A stretch of DNA of 64,000 nucleotides from Candidatus Parcubacteria bacterium (lineage in GTDB: Bacteria > Patescibacteriota > Minisyncoccia > Sungbacterales > SURF-37), in assembly GCA_003599755.1 (NCBI GenBank), contig QZJO01000001.1:5222-69221 (forward strand), given 5' to 3'. Shown here in pieces: positions 56,719 through 64,000 of this stretch (position 1 is the first letter of the stretch; every line of letters begins with the position of its first letter). The notes below the pieces were generated by a model. The model searched no databases. It was not told the origin of the DNA and worked only from the letters and a program-made list of their open reading frames with translations. The position numbers and the translations under genes were made by a program.

Positions 56719-58011
56719 CTAGCGGTCGGAGCGCAGCGGAATGCCGATGTCGTAGCGCCACTCGCGGCCGCGGAACTGCACCTCGTTGGCGGCGTTGTGG
56801 GCCACGATGTTCGCCTCGTGCGCGGTCCTGCGCTTGGCGACCAGGTTCAGGACGCGGCCGCGGGCCGTGACGAGGCGTCCCCGCTGGCGCGCGGTGCCCG
56901 CATGGAACACCTTGAAGTCTGGAATGTCCCGTAGCCGCTCCAGACCGAAGATCGGATTGCCGAGGGGCAGTCGCTCGGTCTCGGCGTAGCCCTTGACCAC
57001 CAGGGTAATGCAGACCGCAGGGCGCGGATCCCAGAGGAGAGCCGGCGGCTCCTCGTCGCGGAGGATTGCCGCCATGAACGGTACGATGTCGCTCCGGAGC
57101 CGCATGAGCATGGCTTGCGTCTCGGAGTCGCCGGTGCGGCAGTTGATTTCGAGCACGAAGACCTTGCCGTCGCTCTTCCGGCGGGTGAGACCGAAGAACA
57201 TCGTGCCCGTGTAGGCGATCTTCTCCTCGGCCAGCGCCGCGACCGTCGGCTTGGCGATGGTCTCGAAGATCTCGCGCTCCAGGCGCGCATCGAGAAACTG
57301 GGCGGGCGAGTCCGAACCCATGCTGCCGGTGTTGGGCCCGATGTCGCCGCTGTAGCGGCGCTTGTAGTCCCGGGCGTTGCCGAACGGCCACAGGCGGCCG
57401 TTCCGTACCGCATAGAACATGGAAAGTTCATGGCCGTCGATGAACTCGACATCGAGCATCGGCCCCTGGGGAAGCCAGCGCTCGGCGTGCGCGAGCGCAT
57501 CCGCGGGCGCGGTGACGATCCCCACGCCCTTGCCGGCTGCCGGACCGTCGGCCGCGAGAACCATGGGCGCGGGCCAGTCATGGCGCATGATGCGCCGGCG
57601 GACGGACTCCATGTCCCCGCAGGGAGCGTAGCGCGGCGTCGGGATGTTGTGGCGGATGAGGAGGTCCTTGCAAAAGGACTTGCTCTTCTCGATCACTGTG
57701 CCCTCGATGCGGGGGCCGAAGACCGGGATGCCGCGCGATTCGAGCTCATCGGCAAGACCGGCGTACAGCGGCGCCTCGGGTCCCACGACCGCGAAGTGCA
57801 CGCGATTGGTCTGGCACCAGTCGCCGATGGCCGTCGGTTTCTGGTTCGGGAGCTCGACGTTGCGGACTTTGGGCTCTTCGGCCGTGCCGGGATTGCCGGG
57901 AAAGACCGCGACGTCGGCCACGAGCGGCGACTGCGCGATCTTCCAGACGAGCGCATGCGTGCGGCCGTCGTTCCCGATGACCGCGATGCGGAGATCCTTG
58001 TCCGGGATCAT
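56719..58011 (-). CDS. purD: Phosphoribosylamine-glycine ligase-like ATP-grasp enzyme (divergent PurD)
   Basis: PGNPG, VVGPEAPL, AAGKGV, GPNTG, FHAGT. AAGGAGGA SD before MIPDK. Confidence 0.8.
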   Translation of the reverse strand: MIPDKDLRIAVIGNDGRTHALVWKIAQSPLVADVAVFPGNPGTAEEPKVRNVELPNQKPTAIGDWCQTNRVHFAVVGPEAPLYAGLADELESRGIPVFGPRIEGTVIEKSKSFCKDLLIRHNIPTPRYAPCGDMESVRRRIMRHDWPAPMVLAADGPAAGKGVGIVTAPADALAHAERWLPQGPMLDVEFIDGHELSMFYAVRNGRLWPFGNARDYKRRYSGDIGPNTGSMGSDSPAQFLDARLEREIFETIAKPTVAALAEEKIAYTGTMFFGLTRRKSDGKVFVLEINCRTGDSETQAMLMRLRSDIVPFMAAILRDEEPPALLWDPRPAVCITLVVKGYAETERLPLGNPIFGLERLRDIPDFKVFHAGTARQRGRLVTARGRVLNLVAKRRTAHEANIVAHNAANEVQFRGREWRYDIGIPLRSDR

Positions 58012-58147
58012 GTGTGATGCTCCTCCTTCGTGTGAGTGTGCTGCCGCTCCGAGCGTAGCAAGGCGTATACGATATGAAAAGGGAAGCGCGTGCCATTTAT
58101 TGCCGGGCGTAGGTACTATCGGTATGCTGAATGCACGCAATCGCTTT

Positions 58148-58927
58148 ATGCATATGAAATTGAAGCCGGCGTTCAAGGACAAAAAACTTGTTGTGTTTGA
58201 TCTCGACGGGACGCTGACGCCCTCAAAAGCGCCGATTCGGCGGGATATGGTCCAGGCGCTGGGGCGTCTGCTGCAAGAAAAGAAGGTCGCCGTCATCGGC
58301 GGCGGAAAGTATGATCAGTTTTTGCGTCAATTCGTCGGGAAGGCGAAATTCTCCAACGATCTTTTGCCGCAACTGCACTTGTTCCCGACGTCCGCCTCCG
58401 CCTACTATCGTTGGCGAAAGGGGTGGGAAAGGATCTATGCGCACGAGTTACCAGTTGCCACCAAAAAGGCGATTATGTCGGCGTTCGCGGAGGTCTTTAA
58501 AGGGCAGCGGTATAAACATCCGAAAAAGATATATGGTCCTCTGATCGAAGACCGAGGAACGCAGATTTCATTCTCGGCTGTCGGGCAGAAGGCGCCGCTT
58601 CCCGTAAAAACGCGCTGGAATAAAAACAATAACCGTCTGCGGGCGCGGTTTACCAAAATCCTCGAGAAGAAGCTGCCGGGCCTGAGCGTACGCATGGGCG
58701 GGTTGACCACGATCGATATCACCCGAAAGGGCATCGACAAGGCCTACGGCATCCGTCAGATTACGAAGGCCCTCGGCATTAGCCGGCGCGACATGCTGTT
58801 CGTGGGCGACGCCATTTACCCGGGCGGTAATGATTACGCGGTCGTTCGCGCGGGCGTCGATTACGTAAAAGTAGCCGGGCCGGATGATACAAAAAAAGTC
58901 ATTCGGTTCTTGCTGGGAAAGAGCTGA
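58148..58927 (+). CDS. HAD-IIB hydrolase (eukaryotic-type phosphomannomutase-like)
   Basis: FDLDGTL, IEDRGTQISF, GGLTTIDI, GDAIYPGGND. Confidence 0.85.
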   Translation: MHMKLKPAFKDKKLVVFDLDGTLTPSKAPIRRDMVQALGRLLQEKKVAVIGGGKYDQFLRQFVGKAKFSNDLLPQLHLFPTSASAYYRWRKGWERIYAHELPVATKKAIMSAFAEVFKGQRYKHPKKIYGPLIEDRGTQISFSAVGQKAPLPVKTRWNKNNNRLRARFTKILEKKLPGLSVRMGGLTTIDITRKGIDKAYGIRQITKALGISRRDMLFVGDAIYPGGNDYAVVRAGVDYVKVAGPDDTKKVIRFLLGKS

Positions 58928-58949
58928 CAGCCGTCGTACGATAATTTTT

Positions 58950-59993
58950 ATGAGCACAGAACTGGTCGCCATACTGATAATCATGATCGCGGGCTTTATC
59001 GGCCTTTTTTTCACGTTGCGCCGCCGAGGATCCAATGAAGGCGGGCAGTCGCTTTTGATGCTCCAAAACCAGCTCGATGAAATGCGGCGCACTATGGACG
59101 CCAAACTCGGCGAATCCACGCGCCTTCTGCAGACGCAATTTGGCGAAAGCGCCCGGATCGTGCGCGACGTGACCGAACGGCTGACGAAATTGGACGAGAC
59201 GAACCGCCAGGTCGTCGGCTTTGCCGACCAGCTCAAGAACCTCCAGGATATTCTCAAAAATCCGAAGCAGCGCGGCGTTCTCGGCGAGTATTATCTCGAA
59301 ACGCTTCTGAAGAACGTGCTGCCTCCGGGAAGCTACCAGATGCAGTATCCATTTGGAAACGGGGAGATCGTTGATGCGGCCGTGTTCGTGAAAGACAAAG
59401 TCATCCCGGTCGATTCGAAGTTCTCGCTCGAGAACTACAATCGCCTCGCCGAGGCGCGCGACCCTTCGGAACGAGACCGCTTGGAAAAGCTCTTCGTGAA
59501 TGACCTAAAGCTTCGCATCATCGAAACTGCAAAGTACATCCGTCCGGCGGAAAACACCACCGATTTCGCGTTCATGTTCATTCCGCACGAGGCGATCTAC
59601 TACGATCTCTTGGTCAATAAAGTAGGCGCCGTGACCGAGGATACGGAAAACCTCATCCAGCGCGCGGCGGGCAAGTATAAAGTCATCATCGTTTCGCCCA
59701 CGTCGTTTCTAGCGTATCTGCAGACCGTGCTCCAGGGCTTGAAGGCCTTGCAGATCGAAGAACAGGCGCAAGAGATCATCAAGCGCGTAGAAGACCTTGG
59801 CAAACACGTCGGTAAGTACGAAGAATTCATGCGTAAGCTCGGCGTCCAGATGGGTACGGCGGTGAATACGTATAACATTGCCTACAAAGAGCTCGGTAAG
59901 GTGGACAAGGACGTGCTGCGCATTACGGGAAAGTCGGCCGAGATCGAGCCGATGCTCGTTACGAAGCCCGATAGCGGCGATAGCTCCGAATAA
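58950..59993 (+). CDS. rmuC: DNA recombination protein RmuC
   Basis: NPKQRGVLGE, VDSKF, TTDFAFMFIP, VSPTS. Confidence 0.9.
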   Translation: MSTELVAILIIMIAGFIGLFFTLRRRGSNEGGQSLLMLQNQLDEMRRTMDAKLGESTRLLQTQFGESARIVRDVTERLTKLDETNRQVVGFADQLKNLQDILKNPKQRGVLGEYYLETLLKNVLPPGSYQMQYPFGNGEIVDAAVFVKDKVIPVDSKFSLENYNRLAEARDPSERDRLEKLFVNDLKLRIIETAKYIRPAENTTDFAFMFIPHEAIYYDLLVNKVGAVTEDTENLIQRAAGKYKVIIVSPTSFLAYLQTVLQGLKALQIEEQAQEIIKRVEDLGKHVGKYEEFMRKLGVQMGTAVNTYNIAYKELGKVDKDVLRITGKSAEIEPMLVTKPDSGDSSE

Positions 59994-60066
59994 ATTGACA
60001 TATATTGAACTCTGTTGTACGAGTAGTAAACGCGTACCAGAGCAGCACCAAAAAAAGGAGGCCGTG

Positions 60067-60681
60067 ATGGCCAAAAAACGAGTGACCGCCCAGCGGCGTG
60101 CGGGGCAGACGGTGATCTTCACGCGCAATGGCCACGAGCGGTCGGGGTCGTACGCCCGGATCGCGGCCGTGCAGCCGCGCAAGATCTGGAAGCGCTCCAC
60201 GCAGCCGGAGTACGCGATCGTCGTCGGCGGCGAGCAGTTCGTCGCGGTCGAATCCGAGCTCGCGCCGATGACGGATACCGCGCGCGGCGATATGGCGGTG
60301 GATCTTTCGGCCGAGCGACTCATGCGCAACGCCGCGGTCCAGGCCGCCGTGGCGGCTGCCAAGAGGCCGGGAGCCGTTGAGGTCGCGCCGGACGTGATCG
60401 TGCTGCGGGATCTTCCCGGGCGTGAAGAGCGTGACCTGGGGCTCGTGGCCGAGGTGCTCCGCGCGGAGCAGCCAACCCTGCCGATCATGATCCCGATCTT
60501 GCCGATGGCATCTCCGGCCGACGGTGAGATGGGTGAACCGAGGCCGGCGCTGCACAGCGCCAAGATCCTGGACTTTGACGCGGCGCGCAAGAAGGCCGCG
60601 GAGCAGCAGGACAAGCCCTGGCCGTCCGGCCCGATCTCGGCCTACATCTACAGCTTGCCGCTCCGGCCGCGTCCGAAGTAG
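60067..60681 (+). CDS. Hypothetical protein (stand-alone accessory gene)
   Basis: AAGGAGG SD, TTGACA upstream, terminator hairpin at 60694-60717. Confidence 0.65.
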   Translation: MAKKRVTAQRRAGQTVIFTRNGHERSGSYARIAAVQPRKIWKRSTQPEYAIVVGGEQFVAVESELAPMTDTARGDMAVDLSAERLMRNAAVQAAVAAAKRPGAVEVAPDVIVLRDLPGREERDLGLVAEVLRAEQPTLPIMIPILPMASPADGEMGEPRPALHSAKILDFDAARKKAAEQQDKPWPSGPISAYIYSLPLRPRPK

Positions 60682-60782
60682 CGCGAAGAAGAGCGGGGTC
60701 CCGGCGTCGGGACCCCGTACTCATTTAAATGGCCGGAACGCTTGCCGGGAAATAGGTTTTCTGGTAGATTCGCAAGGTATGT

Positions 60783-60877
60783 CCTGTTAGAGATTTGCCG
60801 TGTTAGCGCAAATAGCTGGCGGAGACAGCGGGTATATCGAACGAGTTATCATTCTTCTAGATTGGATTTCTAACGGG
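60783..60877. mobile_element. CCCGTTAGA-family element G (95 bp) at rplU start
   Basis: CCTGTTAGAGAT...ATTTCTAACGGG. Flanks GTATGT/ATATGT. Confidence 0.75.
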
Positions 60878-60879
60878 AT

Positions 60880-61194
60880 ATGTTTGCAGTTATCGAGACC
60901 GGGGGCAAGCAATATAGGGTTCAGCCCGGACAACGGCTCAGAATCGAAAAACTCGAGGCGGACCCGAACACGGCGGTGAAATTCGACCGCGTATTGCTCG
61001 TGGCTGACGGCGATGAGATCAATGTCGGCGCGCCGTTGGTACAAAATGCGGTAGTGGAGGCAAACGTCCTCGGCCAGGGTCGCGACAAGAAGAAAATTGT
61101 TTTCAAATATCATCGCAAGACCCGTTATCGGAAATTCAAAGGCCATCGCCAACCGTTTACCGAAGTCGAGATCAGATCTATCTCCCTGAAATAA
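60880..61194 (+). CDS. rplU: 50S ribosomal protein L21
   Basis: MFAVIETGGKQYRV, GHRQPFT. Confidence 0.97.
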   Translation: MFAVIETGGKQYRVQPGQRLRIEKLEADPNTAVKFDRVLLVADGDEINVGAPLVQNAVVEANVLGQGRDKKKIVFKYHRKTRYRKFKGHRQPFTEVEIRSISLK

Positions 61195-61237
61195 GATGAC
61201 GGCGTCTGCCCTGGGCAGGCGCCGTTTTCGATGCGGC

Positions 61238-61468
61238 TCAGCACTCGGCCGACGGATGGTGGCCGTTGACCGCTCCCAGGGATGCCGCCTCCTGATCCAG
61301 GCGATCTGCGGTTCGCCGAAGCTCCGCGGCTACTTCCCGAAGGAATGCGACCGGATTCTGATCTCCGATCCGGATGGCGGCATGGACTCGGCTGATGGCA
61401 CTGCCGTGAGAGCGCATGAAATCCCCGTATGCGCCGCTGCGCTGCACGTTGTTGGCATCGCCCGCCAT
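61238..61468 (-). CDS. Hypothetical small protein
   Basis: AAGGGGGA SD-like sequence upstream; fills the gap between rplU and recR. Confidence 0.4.
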   Translation of the reverse strand: MAGDANNVQRSGAYGDFMRSHGSAISRVHAAIRIGDQNPVAFLREVAAELRRTADRLDQEAASLGAVNGHHPSAEC

Positions 61469-61591
61469 ACGTCCCCCTTGCCGCGTGTGGCGCGGCCGTC
61501 GTCGAAACCAAGACCGGCGTCACCATGACGCCGTCTACTCTGAAAAGCTTGCTGCTTCCATCGTCGCCGAGTTGCGTTCAAGAATCAAGCG

Positions 61592-62230
61592 CTACTTCCG
61601 ATTCTTCAATGCGTTGGCGATAGTCATGTCGTCCGCGTATTCCAATTCCGCGCCCGTGCCGAGGCCGCGGCCGAGGCGCGACAGCGTGAAGGCGGGAAAT
61701 TGATTTTTGAGCGGCAAAAATACGCGATCCATATAGAGCGCGGTCGCATCGCCCTCGGTCGTGGGATTGGTGCCGAGGATCAGTTCCACCCCCGGTCCAT
61801 TCTCCGCTTGTTTCAAGAGTTCTTGCACGCGGGCAAACAGCTCTCGGAGATGCAGTCGCGCGGGCGCGGTCGAATCGAGCGGGTTAATGGTGCCGCCAAG
61901 CACATGGTACAGCCCCGAAAAGTTGCCGGTGCGCTCGATATTTTCCATATCCACTTCTTTTTCCACGACCAGGATCTGGCGCGCGTTGCGGCTCGGATTG
62001 CGGCAAATTTCACAGCGCGATTCGGTTCCCGCGGGCGGCGCGAACGTGCGGTAGCAGACGCTGCAGAGCTTGATCGCCGCGTGCAGGCCGGCGATCGAGC
62101 GCGCGAGCGCCGCGGCCGACGCCGGCTCCTCGCGCAACAGATAAAACGCGAACCGCGCGGCTTGGCGCGGCCCTACGCCCGGGAATTTCCGGAAGTGCTC
62201 GATGAGGTCCTGGATGGGTTTGGGGAACAT
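61592..62230 (-). CDS. recR: Recombination mediator RecR
   Basis: PGVGPRQAAR, C4 Zn finger, YHVLGG, NPTTEGDATA. Confidence 0.95.
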   Translation of the reverse strand: MFPKPIQDLIEHFRKFPGVGPRQAARFAFYLLREEPASAAALARSIAGLHAAIKLCSVCYRTFAPPAGTESRCEICRNPSRNARQILVVEKEVDMENIERTGNFSGLYHVLGGTINPLDSTAPARLHLRELFARVQELLKQAENGPGVELILGTNPTTEGDATALYMDRVFLPLKNQFPAFTLSRLGRGLGTGAELEYADDMTIANALKNRK

Positions 62231-62231
62231 G

Positions 62232-62915
62232 TCAGGATTTCCTGAAAATAGCCGTGATCATCTCGATGCTGGCTGTCTTGGATCCGAAGCGGTCTTTCTT
62301 TTCGCGAATCGCCAAGAAATAGGGCTGCAGCGGCTGCCAGAATGACACAAGCTCGGGAATATTCCAAATCCGTTCGACCAATCCGTTTTGCATGGAGACA
62401 AACCGTTTACCGCGCCGGAAGGATTGCGCGTCCCGGTAATAGGGTTTTTGCTTGAGATACGCGTTGCGGTCGGATACATGGTAGCCGATAAGCCACCCGC
62501 CGGGTTTGAGTACCCGGATGATTTCCCGTTTCGTTTTGTTCAGCTCGGCGTCGCTGAGCGAAATAGTAGTCGTGATATCGAGCGCTGCGCCGAAGGCGCG
62601 ATCCTTGAACGGCAGACGATGGGGTAGCGCATGCTCGAATACATGAATGCGCTGATCGCTGCGGGCCGCGATTTTGAGCGATGCGAGAATGCCGGGAATA
62701 AAATCAAATCCCCAGATGACATGGCCTTTCTCGGCAAAATGGAACAAATGGCGGCCATTGCCGCAGCCCATATCCAGCAAAGGACCCGGGACGCGGAACC
62801 CGTTTTCCGCGATGTATCGTTCGAATGTCTCTACTGCGCTTGATGGACGGGTCCGTTTAACGGTCGGAATGAGGACGCCGCGTTCGTATTCTCGTTGCCA
62901 TGCGTCGCGCTGCAT
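62232..62915 (-). CDS. Class I SAM-dependent methyltransferase
   Basis: LLDMGCGNGR, RVLKPGG. Start taken at MQRDAW. Confidence 0.85.
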   Translation of the reverse strand: MQRDAWQREYERGVLIPTVKRTRPSSAVETFERYIAENGFRVPGPLLDMGCGNGRHLFHFAEKGHVIWGFDFIPGILASLKIAARSDQRIHVFEHALPHRLPFKDRAFGAALDITTTISLSDAELNKTKREIIRVLKPGGWLIGYHVSDRNAYLKQKPYYRDAQSFRRGKRFVSMQNGLVERIWNIPELVSFWQPLQPYFLAIREKKDRFGSKTASIEMITAIFRKS

Positions 62916-62919
62916 GACG

Positions 62920-64000
62920 TCAGAAACCGGTGCTGTTATCAAATCCTTTGGCCATCGAATGGAAGCTGGCCGATTCCTCGTCAAAGAAGAGCTCGGCCTT
63001 GCCGGTCGGGCCGTTGCGATGCTTTTCGATAAGAATCTCGGCGATGTTTTTGCGGTCGGAATTTTCTTTTGCCCTATCCTCGCGATAGATGAACATGACC
63101 ACGTCGGCGTCTTGCTCGATAGAGCCGGATTCGCGAAGATCCGAGAGTTTTGGTTTTGAGGAGGGCCCGCGCATTTCCACGGCACGCGAGAGCTGCGAAA
63201 GCGCCATGACCGGCACGTTTAATTCCTTGGCAAGAGCTTTGAGCGAACGCGATATTTCGGATACTTCCTGCACGCGGTTTTCAGCATTGTCGCCGCGGAT
63301 CAGCTGCAAGTAGTCCACGACCACCAGGCCGAGGTCCCCGTGCTCGGCCTGGAGCCGCCGCGCCATGGCGCGGATTTGCATGACCGTAGGCGAGGCGACG
63401 TCATCGATATAGAGCGGGATATTCGACAGCGTTTCCATGGCATTGCGGATGCGGACAAAATCGTTGTCCTCGCCCTGGTCGGAGAGGCGTCCGGTGCGCA
63501 ATTTCCACAAACTGATGCCGGCTTGGCCCGCCACGAGGCGGTCGATAACTTGCTCGCGCGACATTTCAAGCGAGAAATAGCCGACGGGTTTTTGTTCCTT
63601 CAGAGCGACGTTGCGCGCGATGTCGAGCGAGAGCGAGGTTTTACCGAGCGACGGCCGCGCGGCGAGAATGATGAGGTCCGAGCGCTGGAGGCCGGCAAGA
63701 ATGTTGTCGAGGTCCGAAAATCCAGTCGTGACGCCGCGGAGCTTCCCGTCGCCGGCGTGCAATGCTTCAATGCGCTGCCACGCCTCGTCGAGGCCGGTTT
63801 TGACCGGCAGGAATTCCTGAGCGAGCGAACTTTGCGCGACAGCGAAAATCGTTTTCTCGGCATCGTCGAGAATCTGCTCGATGTTTTCGTCTTCCTTGTA
63901 GCCGAGCTCGGCAATGCGGTGCGAGGCCTCGATAAGATCGCGGTGGATGCGTTTTTTGTGCACGACGCGCGCATAGTAGGCGGCATTGGATGCGGTCGGC
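62920..64000 (-). CDS. dnaB: Replicative DNA helicase DnaB (5' end outside window)
   Basis: AARPSLGKT, VDYLQL, SQLSR, LRESGSIEQDAD, KHRNGPTG. Confidence 0.97.
   Translation of the reverse strand, partial: PTASNAAYYARVVHKKRIHRDLIEASHRIAELGYKEDENIEQILDDAEKTIFAVAQSSLAQEFLPVKTGLDEAWQRIEALHAGDGKLRGVTTGFSDLDNILAGLQRSDLIILAARPSLGKTSLSLDIARNVALKEQKPVGYFSLEMSREQVIDRLVAGQAGISLWKLRTGRLSDQGEDNDFVRIRNAMETLSNIPLYIDDVASPTVMQIRAMARRLQAEHGDLGLVVVDYLQLIRGDNAENRVQEVSEISRSLKALAKELNVPVMALSQLSRAVEMRGPSSKPKLSDLRESGSIEQDADVVMFIYREDRAKENSDRKNIAEILIEKHRNGPTGKAELFFDEESASFHSMAKGFDNSTGF

Noticed and set aside
1-64000. Many long antisense or overlapping ORFs in the ORF track (e.g. 30325-31917, 51425-53086, 19064-20569, 44197-45486)
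   Set aside because: Shadow ORFs expected at high GC. They lie opposite well-supported genes and show no recognisable motifs.
1-64000. Alternative genetic code (TGA reassigned, code 25)
   Set aside because: Conserved genes are full-length under code 11, and several end in TGA at the expected position (e.g. gap, alr, serS).

Overview
64 kb of a GC-rich bacterial chromosome, mostly housekeeping genes for translation, replication and cell shape (murJ, lepA, miaA, thrS, dnaE, rnhB, holB, frr, rseP, trxB, gap, proS, mreBCD-mrdA, greA, lysS, serS, alr, recA, rpsF-ssb-rpsR, ychF, rmuC, rplU, recR, dnaB). TGA is used as a stop. Gene content and order suggest Patescibacteria/Parcubacteria (inference). 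No rRNA, tRNA, CRISPR array or transposase was seen. The most notable signals are non-coding. (1) Seven 66-174 bp elements, plus one half-site, bounded by CCCGTTAGA...TCTAACGGG inverted repeats; they have unrelated interiors and ~6-bp RYNNRY target duplications, and sit at start or stop codons of core genes. (2) A family of 32-bp palindromes with compensatory changes; two copies bracket a small ArsR-type HTH gene and one of them encodes that protein's C-terminus. (3) A ~480-nt highly structured minus-strand RNA candidate between recA and rpsR. Also present: a T-box with an ultrashort Stem I before proS, a free-standing LAGLIDADG endonuclease coupled to lepA, in-frame palindromic inserts in GAPDH, an orphan divergent PurD, and an accessory region at ~41.3-51.4 kb. 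All calls are by eye; no database searches were run.
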